32,000 bases of DNA, from assembly GCF_001457615.1 (NCBI RefSeq), contig NZ_LN831024.1, positions 870,001 through 902,000 on the forward strand. The letters are read 5' to 3'. The DNA comes from Pseudomonas aeruginosa (GTDB lineage: Bacteria; Pseudomonadota; Gammaproteobacteria; Pseudomonadales; Pseudomonadaceae). Positions 10,029-20,147 of the stretch are shown here, piece by piece (position 1 is the stretch's first letter; each line of letters starts with the position of its first letter). The position numbers and the translations under genes are program-made. Under the pieces are notes generated by a model, which saw only the letters and a list, made by a program, of their open reading frames with translations, did no database searches and was not told where the DNA came from.

Positions 10029-10688
10029 TCATTCCGCGACGATGCTGTTGGCGAGGCGGCCGAGGCCGTCGATCTCGACCTCGACGCGGTCGCCGGGATG
10101 CACGTCGACGCGCCCTTCGGGGGTGCCGGTGATCAGCACGTCGCCGGCGTGCAGGGTCATGAACTCGCTGATCTCGGCGATCAGCCGCGGGATGTCGCGC
10201 ACCAGGTTGGCGGTGTTGTTGCGCTGGCGCAGTTCGCCGTTGACGTACAGCTTCAGCTCCAGCGCATGGGGATCGACGATCTCTTGCGCCGGCACCAGTT
10301 GTGGACCGAGCGGGCAGAAGCCGTCGCGGCACTTGGCTTTCACCGCCGGGCGGTAGTAGCTGTCTTCCGGCAGGCTGAACTCGTTGACGATCACGTAGCC
10401 GGCGACATGCGCCATGGCCTCTTCCTCATTCACCCGGCTTGCGTCGCGAGCGATCACCACGCCCAGCGCCGGGCCCGGTTGCAGGCGCTCGACGCCGCGC
10501 GGGAAGAGCACCGGGGCGTCGTGCTCGTTGCGGGTATTCGGTGTCTTGATGAACAACACCGGCTTCACTGGCGGCTTCTGGTAGGGCGGCTGCTGGAACT
10601 CCGGCAGGCGGCTGTCGAGCAGGCCCTTGTAGTTCAGCGCGACGCCGAACAGGGTGCCGGCGGCGACGTCATTCAGTGCGCGGCTCAT
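10029..10688 (-). CDS. hpaG1: HpaG1-type FAH-family isomerase/decarboxylase subunit
   Basis: 219 aa; LFGVALNYKGLL, FIKTPNTRNEHDAPVLFP, GYVIVNEFSLPE, TGTPEGRVDVHPGDRVEVEIDGLGRL. Confidence 0.9.
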   Translation of the reverse strand: MSRALNDVAAGTLFGVALNYKGLLDSRLPEFQQPPYQKPPVKPVLFIKTPNTRNEHDAPVLFPRGVERLQPGPALGVVIARDASRVNEEEAMAHVAGYVIVNEFSLPEDSYYRPAVKAKCRDGFCPLGPQLVPAQEIVDPHALELKLYVNGELRQRNNTANLVRDIPRLIAEISEFMTLHAGDVLITGTPEGRVDVHPGDRVEVEIDGLGRLANSIVAE

Positions 10689-10747
10689 TGTGGTGGTGTC
10701 TCCTGGCGCGATAAGCGAACGGCGAGGGGGCCGTCCTGGCGAAAACT

Positions 10748-10781
10748 CGTTAATGTGTTAACGTTATATTTAACATGTTAA
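10748..10781. promoter_or_regulatory. Paired inverted repeats, candidate operator in the divergent hpaG1/hpaA region
   Basis: Perfect CGTTAA-tgtg-TTAACG (10748-10763) followed by perfect palindrome TTAACATGTTAA (10770-10781) in an AT-rich patch. Confidence 0.6.
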
Positions 10782-10907
10782 TGATCGTCAACCCCGGTTG
10801 CTGCGCCATTCGTCCCGGGGAGGTGGCAAGAGGCGCCGTCTGCGGTATACGGATGCCCGCGACGGCTTGCGTGCGCAGCCGGGAAGAACAACAAAGAGAA
10901 GATCGCC

Positions 10908-11819
10908 ATGCCAGAGCGCCAGCCGATCCCCAACATCAACATTGGGCAGGTCTACGACCAGCGCTATGCCGACGCCGAGGTGCACTACGATGCGCTGGGC
11001 AACCTGGCCGGATTCTTCGGCCGTAACATGCCGGCGCACCGGCACGACCGTTTCTTCCAGGTGCACTACGTGAAGAACGGCGCGGTGCGGGTCTATCTCG
11101 ACGAGCGCCAGTACCTTGAGTCGGGGCCGATGTTCTTCCTCACCCCGCCGACCGTGCCGCACGCCTTCGTCACCGAGGCGGACGCCGATGGCCATGTGCT
11201 GACCGTGCGCCAGCAACTGGTGTGGAGCCTCACCGAGGCCGAGCCGGGCCTGGCGCCCGGCCCGCAGGTGGCGCCGGCCTGCGTGGCGCTGGGCAACCTG
11301 GAGGGCGGCGCGGCCGAGGAGGCGGCGCGCCTGGCGCTGCTCTTCGAGCAGTTGCGCAGCGAGTCGATGGCCAGCCGTCCCGGCCGCCAGCAGACGCTGC
11401 TGGCGCTGACCCGCCTGGTCATGATCAGCCTGCTGCGTCTCTCGGCCAATTCGGTGGCTGCGCGGCCGATGCGCCACGAAGACCTGCAGATCTTCCAGCG
11501 CTTCAACGCGCTGATCGAGGAGCGCTATGCCGAGCACTGGCCGCTGTCGCTCTACGCCAGCCGCATCGGCGTCACCGAGGCGCGCCTCAACGACGTCTGC
11601 CGGCGCATCGCCGACCTGCCGTCGAAGCGCCTGGTGTACGAACGGCTTATGCAGGAGTCCAAGCGCCTGCTGCTGTTCACCGGCGGCTCGGTGAACGAGA
11701 TCTGCTACCAGCTCGGCTTCAAGGACCCGGCCTACTTCAGTCGTTTCTTCGTGCGTTACGCGGGGCTCACCCCCAGCGCTTACCGCCAGCGACAGGCCGA
11801 CGGGGAGTCCCGTCGCTGA
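10908..11819 (+). CDS. hpaA: AraC-family regulator of 4-hydroxyphenylacetate catabolism
   Basis: 303 aa; cupin N-terminus (HYDALGNLAGFFGRNMPAHRHDRFFQVHYVKNG) and C-terminal AraC HTH (ICYQLGFKDPAYFSRFFVRYAGLTPSAYR). Confidence 0.92.
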   Translation: MPERQPIPNINIGQVYDQRYADAEVHYDALGNLAGFFGRNMPAHRHDRFFQVHYVKNGAVRVYLDERQYLESGPMFFLTPPTVPHAFVTEADADGHVLTVRQQLVWSLTEAEPGLAPGPQVAPACVALGNLEGGAAEEAARLALLFEQLRSESMASRPGRQQTLLALTRLVMISLLRLSANSVAARPMRHEDLQIFQRFNALIEERYAEHWPLSLYASRIGVTEARLNDVCRRIADLPSKRLVYERLMQESKRLLLFTGGSVNEICYQLGFKDPAYFSRFFVRYAGLTPSAYRQRQADGESRR

Positions 11820-12674
<855 letters not shown>

Positions 12675-12797
12675 AGTAGGGCCGGTTCGGGTCCGGACTG
12701 GATTCGGCCTGCCGTTGCACGAAAACGAGGTACAACGGCATCGGCCACTATCGCCAACGCCACCGCGCGCCCTCGCTCGTTCCGCGGAGTCGCCGGT

Positions 12798-13367
12798 TCA
12801 GTTCAGCCGGTACTGCGCCAGTTCCTTCGCCGAAAGCACGCGCATCCGTTTGGGATCGGTGCTTTGCATGGCCTGTACCAAGGTGCTGGGGATATCCATT
12901 TCGCGGAAGTAGGCGGCGGAGTCGTAGCGCATGCCGTTGGCCGAGCGCGAGTGCAGCGAGTCGCCGTGGGCGTAGTAGGGACGGTGCAGGCCGACGTAGC
13001 CGCGTACGGTCTTGCGCTTGCCGGCCGCCAGCAGGTAGACGCAGGTGCCCTGGCAGACGCTGCTCGACGGCACCAGCGCGTCGAAGCCGGATTCGCGCAG
13101 CAGGCGGCCCATGCGGATCGCCTCCGGCACGCTGCCGCCGATGCTGTTCAGCAGGAGCAGCTTGCGCGAGTAGGTTCCCGGATTGTTGCGCAAACCCTTG
13201 AGCAGCGTTTCGTAGTCGCCCGGCGCGATCTCCTCCGAGACGCGGACCGTCAGCACCCGCCCCATGCTCTTGTGTTGCAGCGAATGCACTTCGACCCTGG
13301 CCAGTGCGGGAGTCGCGCAGAACACGGCGAGGCAGGCGAGGACGGTCCGGAGGCGGAGGCGGGGCAT
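12798..13367 (-). CDS. Periplasmic protein with ClpP/crotonase-like (COG3904-like) fold prediction
   Basis: 189 aa from MPRLRLRTVLACLAVFCATPALA (signal peptide); LLLLNSIGGSVPEAIRMGRLLRESGFDALVPSSSVCQGTCVYLLAAGKRKTVRGYVGLHRPYY. Confidence 0.75.
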   Translation of the reverse strand: MPRLRLRTVLACLAVFCATPALARVEVHSLQHKSMGRVLTVRVSEEIAPGDYETLLKGLRNNPGTYSRKLLLLNSIGGSVPEAIRMGRLLRESGFDALVPSSSVCQGTCVYLLAAGKRKTVRGYVGLHRPYYAHGDSLHSRSANGMRYDSAAYFREMDIPSTLVQAMQSTDPKRMRVLSAKELAQYRLN

Positions 13368-13444
13368 GGAACGGGGCGATCCTGTCAGACGGCGATGGCT
13401 GCCGAAGATACCTGCAAGCGTTGCATTGTGCACGGTCCTCGTCG

Positions 13445-15631
13445 TCAGGACGAGGAGCCGGTCTCCGCCTGGCGCACCGGCAGGCGCAGGCAGAAGGTGA
13501 TGACGTCGTCGCGGCAGTCCACGTCGATACGCCCCTGGTGGGCCTGGGCGATGGCCTGGGAGATGTACAGGCCGATACCGAGGCCGTTGCGGTTGCGCTG
13601 GTTGTCCGCCGACTCGCGCTTGAACGGTTCGAACAGGTTGGCCAGCTGCGCTTCGGAGAGGCCGCTGGTTTCGTTGAGCACGCTCAGGCACACCTCGTCG
13701 CCCTGGCGGGTCAGGGTTACCAGCACCGGCCGGCCGGGCAGGCCGTGATGACGGGCGTTGCTCAGCAGGTTGGCGGCGACCTGGGCGTAGCGGTCCGGGT
13801 CGACCACGGCACGAACCTGCGGGTCGATGGCGATCTCGATCACCAGGCCGGGATAGGCGACGTCGGTTTCGCAGACGATCTGCTGCACCAGTTGCGAGAC
13901 GTCGGTGTCGACCGGGTTCACGGTGAGGCCGATGCCCGATTGCAGGCGGCTCATGTCGAGGATCTGGCTGACCAGCCGTTCCATGCGGCTGCTGGACGCG
14001 GAAATGTGTTGGCGCAGTTCGGTGGTGCGGGTGTCGCTGGAGGACAGCAGGGCCGCCGCCATGGAGATCGACTGCAACGGGTTGCGCAGGTCGTGGCCGA
14101 GCACCGCGATCAGGCGCTGGCGCATGCGGTCGACCTCGGCCGCATGGTTGAGGCACAGTTCCATCAGGTCCAGGCGCAGCTTTTCGGCGATCGCCAGGTC
14201 GGTTTCGCTCCAGGGCGTGGAGTGGCCGCGGACCACTTCCTCCCAGGCCTCGAACGAGCCGCGCGGGGTCAGCCGCGGGCCGGAGGGGCCGATGGTCAAC
14301 AGCTTTTCCGGCTTGCCGCCCCAGCGGATGCGGTGCACTTCCTCGTGGCGGAACCAGAAGATCCAGCCCGATTCCTGGCGGTGGAAACGGATCGCCAGCA
14401 CACCGCAGCAGTCGCCGCCGTCCGGAGAGTCCTCGCTGGGCTGCGGCCAGTTGTCGGTGTGGTAGATGTCCCGTTCCGGGTCGCGCTGCAGGCGTTGCAG
14501 GACATTCCCGGCCTGGCGCTCGAAGTCGCCGCGGATGCTCAAGGTGCGGCCGCCGAGCATGACCAGGGCGCCGTCGCAGGGAATCAGTGCGGCGATGCCA
14601 TCGTCCGGGTGGGCCAGTGCGCCGAACAGGTCGTCGGCGTCCCGCGCGCGGCGAGCCAGGGCCAGCCTGCGCTCGGTGGACACGCGCAGCAGTTCGGCGA
14701 TACGCCCCTGCTCCAGGCGCTCGACGATGGCGCTGCAGACCTGGGAGAAGATCTGGAACGACATGCGCACCGGGTAGGGAATCAGTTTGGGCGACATGTG
14801 ATGGCAGGAGAACAGTCCCCAGAGCTTGCCGCCGACCACGATGGAGATGCTCATCGAGGCGCGCACGCCCATGTTGGTCAGGTATTCGCAGTGGATCGGC
14901 GAAACGCTGCGCAGCACGCTGTAGCTGAGATCGAACGATTCGTTGGTCTCCGGGTTCAGCGCGGGAAACACGCGCATCGGCGTATAGGCCACGTCGGCGA
15001 TCAGCCTGATCGGGTTCTGGATGTACAGGCGACGCGCCTGGGCCGGGATGTCCGAGGCCGGGTAGCGTTGTCCCAGGTAGCTTTCGAGGTCTTCGCGACG
15101 GCTCTCGGCGACCACCTCGCCGGAGTCGTCATGACGGAAACGGTAGGCCATCACCCGGTCGTAGCCGGTCATCCGGCGCAGTTCGTCGGTGACGTTGCTG
15201 AGCAGGCTGGCGGTGTCGTTGTGCAACTGGACCTGGGCGATGATGCGCTGGGCGTTGAGGGTGAAGGAGGTGATCGACAGCGTGTCCGCGGTGCGGATCT
15301 CGAACTCCAGGTAGAACACTTCCTTGTAGCTGTGGCCGATCACGTCGAACAGGTGTTCGCCGATCCGCGTCTCGACGCTGTTCGACCATGGGCCGTTGCC
15401 GGTCAGTCCCTCTTCGAGCATGCGCAGGACCTCCGGCCCCACCTGCTCCGGCGTCAGGTAGGAACCCGGCGAGGCGACGAAACCCAGTAGCGCCTGGATG
15501 TTCTCGCTTGCCGCGAGGACCATGCCGTCCGCGCGCAGGGCGATCAGCGCCCCGTGCGGCTGGATCGCGCCAGGCACGTGGATGGGTTCGTCCTCGCAGT
15601 TCGCCAGGGTAACCGGGGTGATGCTCGTCAT
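13445..15631 (-). CDS. bphP: Bacteriophytochrome histidine kinase
   Basis: 728 aa; MTSITPVTLANCEDEPIHVPGAIQPHGAL (chromophore-binding Cys), GAF DVAYTPMRVFP / PVHCEYLTNMGVRASMSISIVVGGKLWGLFSCHH, and HisKA/HATPase GHDLRNPLQSI...NRNGLGIGLYISQAI. Confidence 0.97.
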   Translation of the reverse strand: MTSITPVTLANCEDEPIHVPGAIQPHGALIALRADGMVLAASENIQALLGFVASPGSYLTPEQVGPEVLRMLEEGLTGNGPWSNSVETRIGEHLFDVIGHSYKEVFYLEFEIRTADTLSITSFTLNAQRIIAQVQLHNDTASLLSNVTDELRRMTGYDRVMAYRFRHDDSGEVVAESRREDLESYLGQRYPASDIPAQARRLYIQNPIRLIADVAYTPMRVFPALNPETNESFDLSYSVLRSVSPIHCEYLTNMGVRASMSISIVVGGKLWGLFSCHHMSPKLIPYPVRMSFQIFSQVCSAIVERLEQGRIAELLRVSTERRLALARRARDADDLFGALAHPDDGIAALIPCDGALVMLGGRTLSIRGDFERQAGNVLQRLQRDPERDIYHTDNWPQPSEDSPDGGDCCGVLAIRFHRQESGWIFWFRHEEVHRIRWGGKPEKLLTIGPSGPRLTPRGSFEAWEEVVRGHSTPWSETDLAIAEKLRLDLMELCLNHAAEVDRMRQRLIAVLGHDLRNPLQSISMAAALLSSSDTRTTELRQHISASSSRMERLVSQILDMSRLQSGIGLTVNPVDTDVSQLVQQIVCETDVAYPGLVIEIAIDPQVRAVVDPDRYAQVAANLLSNARHHGLPGRPVLVTLTRQGDEVCLSVLNETSGLSEAQLANLFEPFKRESADNQRNRNGLGIGLYISQAIAQAHQGRIDVDCRDDVITFCLRLPVRQAETGSSS

Positions 15632-15658
15632 CTATCGTCCAGCCTGGTCTCCAGGCAG

Positions 15659-16273
15659 TCAGGCTTCGTCGAGAACCCATCGACGAAACGAAAGGAATGT
15701 AGCCTGTGCCGCATCCTGCGCAAGGCCGATGGCTTCGGGGCTGTCGATCTGCCGGGCGAGCTGTTCGAGAAACTCCTGCCAGCGCACCCCGGTTGCCTGG
15801 CCGTAGCCCCGCAACCACTGTAGCGGCAGACCGGGCAGGCGTGGAGCTAGTCGTTTGTAGAGATACGCGCCGCCCAGCGTCGCGCCTTCCATCACGTAGG
15901 CCACCCCGAAGACCTCCGCGGCCCGTGTCGCATTCGGCAGGTCGGCGCAGCGCGGTAGCGCCTCCACCTGCGCGCGGCTCATGCCGCCGGCCAGCAGGTC
16001 GCTTTCCAGCCAGGCGCTCTTGACCAGCCGCGCGTCGGCCCGCAGCGCCGCCGGCCAGCCGCTGCGGTTGTCGCGCAGCGCGCGCTCCAGAGGCTCCAGC
16101 CAGCCAAGGATACGTCCGGCATGGTCGAGGTAGGCGCGGTCGTCGAGATCGTCGTCGCCCAACGGCGAACGGCGGTCCAGTTCTGCGTGCAGGTCACGGG
16201 TGGCGTCGCGGAGTGCGGCGAGGGCTGGCGATGGAGATGGGGACATGAGGTCAGGGCCAGCGATTCGAGGCAT
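15659..16273 (-). CDS. bphO: Biliverdin-producing heme oxygenase
   Basis: 204 aa as tracked (alternative start MSPSPSPALAAL at 16246); LRDATRDLHAELDR..., GVAYVMEGATLGGAYLYKRL; immediately upstream of bphP. Confidence 0.95.
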   Translation of the reverse strand: MPRIAGPDLMSPSPSPALAALRDATRDLHAELDRRSPLGDDDLDDRAYLDHAGRILGWLEPLERALRDNRSGWPAALRADARLVKSAWLESDLLAGGMSRAQVEALPRCADLPNATRAAEVFGVAYVMEGATLGGAYLYKRLAPRLPGLPLQWLRGYGQATGVRWQEFLEQLARQIDSPEAIGLAQDAAQATFLSFRRWVLDEA

Positions 16274-16321
16274 GAACGGAAAAGAGTAGCAGGAAGCCGT
16301 ACGCCCGGCTCGGAATAAATG

Positions 16322-16350
16322 GGCATCCCCGCGCGCGGCGCAGGGATGCC
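16322..16350 (-). terminator. Candidate terminator of ppnN upstream of bphO
   Basis: GGCATCCC-N13-GGGATGCC stem followed (on the minus strand) by CATTTATT. Confidence 0.5.
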
Positions 16351-16363
16351 GGAGCGGGCGCGC

Positions 16364-17749
16364 TCAGGCCGCCTCGGTCTGCACCACCCGGTAGCAGGGG
16401 ACGTAGGCCGCGCCGCCGGGCAGCTTCATCCGGTGCTGCTTGACGAAGGCCTGCAGCAGGCGGTCCAGCGGCAGCATCACCGCCGGGTCGCCGTGGATCT
16501 CGTAGGGCCCGTATTGCTCGATCATGCGGATGCCGTTGTCCTTGACGTTGCCGGCGACGATCCCGGAAAACGCGCGGCGCAGGTTGGCCGCCAGTTCGTG
16601 GGGCGGCAGGCTCCGGCTGAGCTGGAGGCTGGCCATGTTCTCGTGGGTCGGCTCGAACGGGCGCTGGAAGCTTTCATCGATCTTCAGCATCCAGTTGAAG
16701 TGGAAGGCGTCGTTGCGCTCGCGGCGGAACTGCTTCACTTCCTTCAGGCCCTGGGCCATCTGCTTGGCCACCTCGGCCGGGTCGTCGATGACGATCCGGT
16801 AGTGGCGCTGCGCCGCATGGCCGAGGGTCGCCCCGACGAATTCATGGAGCTGCTGCAGGTAGGCTTCGGCGCTGCGGGGACCGGTGAGGATGACCGGGAA
16901 GGGCAGGTCCTGGTTGTCCGGGTGCATGAGGATGCCCAGCAGGTAGAGGAACTCCTCCGCGGTCCCGGCGCCGCCGGGGAAGATGATGACCCCGTGGCCG
17001 ACGCGGACGAAGGCTTCCAGGCGCTTCTCGATGTCCGGCAGGATCACCAGTTCGTTGACGATCGGGTTCGGCGCCTCGGCGGCGATGATCCCCGGCTCGG
17101 TCAGGCCCAGGTAGCGGCCGCCGACGATGCGCTGCTTGGCGTGGCTGATGGTGGCGCCCTTCATCGGCCCCTTCATCACCCCCGGTCCGCAGCCGGTGCA
17201 GACATCCAGGCTGCGCAGGCCGAGTTCGTGGCCGACCCTCTTGGTGTACTTGTATTCCTCGCTGCTGATCGAGTGGCCGCCCCAGCACACGACGATCTTC
17301 GGCTCGACGCCGGGGCGCAGCGTACGGGCGTTGCGCAGCAGCTGGAAGACGTAGTCGGTGAGGCCCTGGGAGCTGTCCAGGTCGACGTGCTGGCTGTCCA
17401 GCCCGCTCTGGGTGTAGACGATGTCGCGCAGGGCGCTGAACAGCATCTCGCGGGTGCTGGCGATCATCTCGCCATCGACGAAGGCGTCGGCCGGCGCGTT
17501 GATCAGCTCCAGGCGCACGCCTCGGTCCTGCTGGTGGATACGCACCTCGAAGTCCTTGTAGGCGTCGAGGATGGTCTTGGCGTTGTCGCTGTGGGCGCCG
17601 GTATTGAGGATCGCCAGGGCGCACTGGCGGAACAGTTGGTAGGTCTTGCCGTTGGCGGTTTCGCTCAGTTGTTGCACTTCGCGTTGGGAGAGGGTTTCCA
17701 GCGTGCCTTTCGGACTGACCGAGGCGTTGATCACAGGGCGATGAGACAT
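16364..17749 (-). CDS. ppnN: LOG-family nucleotide 5'-monophosphate nucleosidase (PpnN/YgdH-like)
   Basis: 461 aa from MSHRPVINASVSPKGTLETLSQREVQQLS; LOG motif GHGVIIFPGGAGTAEEFLYLLGIL and CWGGHSIS. Confidence 0.9.
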   Translation of the reverse strand: MSHRPVINASVSPKGTLETLSQREVQQLSETANGKTYQLFRQCALAILNTGAHSDNAKTILDAYKDFEVRIHQQDRGVRLELINAPADAFVDGEMIASTREMLFSALRDIVYTQSGLDSQHVDLDSSQGLTDYVFQLLRNARTLRPGVEPKIVVCWGGHSISSEEYKYTKRVGHELGLRSLDVCTGCGPGVMKGPMKGATISHAKQRIVGGRYLGLTEPGIIAAEAPNPIVNELVILPDIEKRLEAFVRVGHGVIIFPGGAGTAEEFLYLLGILMHPDNQDLPFPVILTGPRSAEAYLQQLHEFVGATLGHAAQRHYRIVIDDPAEVAKQMAQGLKEVKQFRRERNDAFHFNWMLKIDESFQRPFEPTHENMASLQLSRSLPPHELAANLRRAFSGIVAGNVKDNGIRMIEQYGPYEIHGDPAVMLPLDRLLQAFVKQHRMKLPGGAAYVPCYRVVQTEAA

Positions 17750-18098
17750 GTGCGATTCCATGCAGGGGACGCGGCGGCGTAGAAGAACCGCCGCATCCGG
17801 ATAAGGGAGCGCCGGGCAGGTTGCGTGCCGGGGGAGAGGGCGATCAGCCGTCGGAGTGGGGCGACGAGGCAACCGTGCGCTGGGGCTTGGCTCCAGGGTC
17901 TTGGTTAAATGTAATAGCGAGAACCTGACTGATCTGACAAGGAAAATCTCGAATTTATCTGTCGCCGGCCTGGCACCGGGGAAATCCTGCCACTAGCCAT
18001 GGGCGAAAAAATCCGGCATCGGCTGGGATAATCGACTCTTCTCCTGATATCGTTGCGTTTCCGCCGGATGCTCGGCCAGTCGAAGGGAGGAACGAAGC

Positions 18099-18218
18099 AT
18101 GTCGTATGAACAGTCCAGCAGCGTACCTAGCGACTTTCTTTCCTCCTTTTTCCAAGAGCCTGTCATCCATGATCGAACTCAGAACCATCACCCGCGACGA
18201 CTGGGAAACCTGCATTGA
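18099..18218 (+). CDS. Candidate upstream/leader ORF (39 aa) overlapping the acetyltransferase start out of frame
   Basis: ATG at 18099 preceded by strong SD AGGGAGG (18084-18090); encodes MSYEQSSSVPSDFLSSFFQEPVIHDRTQNHHPRRLGNLH and ends at 18218, 50 nt inside the next gene. Confidence 0.4.
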   Translation: MSYEQSSSVPSDFLSSFFQEPVIHDRTQNHHPRRLGNLH

Positions 18219-18678
18219 CCTGAAGGTCGCCCGCCACCAGGCGCACTTCGTCGCTTCCAACCTCTATTCGCTGGCCCAGAGCCGCTTCCTGCCGGGGTTC
18301 CGCGCGGTCGGCATCCACCACGGCGGGCGCATGGTCGGCTTCGCCCTCTACGGCCCCGACGCCGACGACGGCCACTACTTGCTCTACCGCCTGATGATCG
18401 ACCGCCGCTACCAGGGCAAGGGGCATGGCCGCGCCGCCCTGCAACGGATCATCGCCAGCGTGCGCCGGACGAGGCGGCGCAGCGATCGCCTGATGGTCGC
18501 CTACGCCGTCGACAACGATGTGGCCCGCCAGCTTTATCGGGATGCCGGCTTCGTCGAACAGGGCCTCGCGCCCTGGGGCGAGACGATGGCCTGCCTGATG
18601 CTGCCGGAGCCGTCCCATCGCTCCGGGAAGGTCGCCGGAGCGCCGGGCGGGCGTGCAGCGCACGGCGTCCCGGCGTAG
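18169..18678 (+). CDS. GNAT-family acetyltransferase, SpeG/BltD-like (probable spermidine/polyamine acetyltransferase)
   Basis: 169 aa; MIELRTITRDDWETCIDLKVARHQAHFVASNLYSLAQSRF, LYRLMIDRRYQGKGHGRAALQRII. Confidence 0.85.
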   Translation: MIELRTITRDDWETCIDLKVARHQAHFVASNLYSLAQSRFLPGFRAVGIHHGGRMVGFALYGPDADDGHYLLYRLMIDRRYQGKGHGRAALQRIIASVRRTRRRSDRLMVAYAVDNDVARQLYRDAGFVEQGLAPWGETMACLMLPEPSHRSGKVAGAPGGRAAHGVPA

Positions 18679-18737
18679 AATCGCGGGATTCGGCAGTTCC
18701 CTCCAATACCTATAACGACCATCCAACGCACATCGCC

Positions 18738-18761
18738 GCCCCGGACCCTTGCGTCCGGGGC
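18738..18761 (+). terminator. Rho-independent-type terminator between the acetyltransferase and MFS genes
   Basis: GCCCCGGAC-ccttgc-GTCCGGGGC perfect 9-bp stem followed by GTTTTCC. Confidence 0.75.
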
Positions 18762-18829
18762 GTTTTCCGTCGCGTGGCGAGGGTCGCGGGACCTGCCCGT
18801 CCGCCCCCTGCTCCGGAACCGAACGCCCC

Positions 18830-20020
18830 ATGGACAGCACCTCCGAAACCCGCAGCGGCAGCTGGCTGAGCGTGATCGCCCTGGCCCTGGCCGCCTTCAT
18901 CTTCAACACCACGGAGTTCGTCCCGGTCGGCCTGCTCAGCGACATCGGCCACAGCTTCGAGATGCCTACCTCGCAGGTCGGCCTGATGTTGACCATCTAT
19001 GCCTGGGTGGTGTCGCTGGCCTCGTTGCCGATGATGCTGCTGACCCGCAATATCGAGCGGCGCAAGCTGCTGGTCGGGGTATTCCTGCTGTTCATCGCCA
19101 GCCACGTGCTGTCCGGGCTGGCCTGGAGCTTCCAGGTGCTGATGCTCAGCCGGATCGGCATTGCCTTCGCCCACGCGGTGTTCTGGGCCATCACCGCTTC
19201 GCTGGCGGTGCGCGTGGCGCCGCCGGGACAGCAGGCCAAGGCGCTAGGGCTGCTGGCCACCGGCACCACCCTGGCGATGGTCCTGGGCATCCCGCTGGGG
19301 CGGGTGGTTGGCGAGGCCCTGGGCTGGCGTACCACCTTCATGGCCATCGCCGGACTCTCGGTGCTGACCCTGCTCTACCTGGCGCGCTCCCTGCCGCTGC
19401 TGCCAAGCCAGAACTCCGGTTCCCTGCGCAGCCTGCCGATGCTGTTCCGACGCCCGGCGCTGGTTTGCCTGTACGTGCTGACCGTGGTGGTGATCAGCGC
19501 CCAGTTCACCGCCTACAGCTACATCGAGCCCTTCGCCAAGCAGGTGGCGCGGATGAGCGGCGAGGCGACCACCCTGCTGCTGCTGTTGTTCGGCGGCGCC
19601 GGGATCTTCGGTTCGATCCTCTTCAGCCGCTACAGCGAGGCTTTCCCGCGAGGCTTCCTGCTGGCCGCGATCCTCGCCTTGGGCAGCAGCCTGGCGCTGC
19701 TGCTGCCGCTGTCCGCGCAGCCGACCTGGCTGATGGCGCTCAGCCTGCTCTGGGGCATGTCGATCATGTGCTTCGGCCTGGCCCAGCAGTCCCGCGTCCT
19801 GCGCCTCGCCTCGGACGCCACCGACGTGGCCATGGCGCTGTTCTCCGGCCTGTACAACGTCGGCATCGGCGCCGGCGCGCTGCTCGGCAGCGTGGTCAGC
19901 GAACGCATGGGCCTGGCCTCGATCGGCAACGTCGGCGCCGTGCTGGCGCTGGCCGGCCTGCTGCTCGCCCTGTTCGCCGCACTGCGCTACGCGGAGGCGC
20001 TGAAAAGCACGTCGTTGTGA
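18830..20020 (+). CDS. MFS transporter, SotB/YdeA-like sugar or drug efflux
   Basis: 396 aa from [45 protein letters not shown] ([11 protein letters not shown] is SotB/AraJ-like). Confidence 0.88.
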   Translation: MDSTSETRSGSWLSVIALALAAFIFNTTEFVPVGLLSDIGHSFEMPTSQVGLMLTIYAWVVSLASLPMMLLTRNIERRKLLVGVFLLFIASHVLSGLAWSFQVLMLSRIGIAFAHAVFWAITASLAVRVAPPGQQAKALGLLATGTTLAMVLGIPLGRVVGEALGWRTTFMAIAGLSVLTLLYLARSLPLLPSQNSGSLRSLPMLFRRPALVCLYVLTVVVISAQFTAYSYIEPFAKQVARMSGEATTLLLLLFGGAGIFGSILFSRYSEAFPRGFLLAAILALGSSLALLLPLSAQPTWLMALSLLWGMSIMCFGLAQQSRVLRLASDATDVAMALFSGLYNVGIGAGALLGSVVSERMGLASIGNVGAVLALAGLLLALFAALRYAEALKSTSL

Positions 20021-20147
20021 GCGGTCATACCTGGGGTCGGATGATTCGGCGGAGGAATCCGCCCGCTTGATCTAGTCTTCTGTGACGAAAAGGCGCAGGG
20101 AGTGCGGGATTGCCCCGCGCCGGGCCGGCGCAGGGACGGAATATCGG

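Noticed and set aside
12710-12740. TGCCGTTG...CAACGGCA inverted repeat after aph(3')-IIb as a terminator
   Set aside because: Only 8-bp arms with a 15-nt loop and no T-tract; too weak to call as a feature.
13304-15490. 728-aa ORF on the plus strand opposite bphP
   Set aside because: Antisense shadow of the bphP coding frame; compositionally biased with no motifs.
16319-17782. 487-aa ORF on the plus strand opposite ppnN
   Set aside because: Antisense shadow of a well-supported gene; repetitive low-complexity protein.
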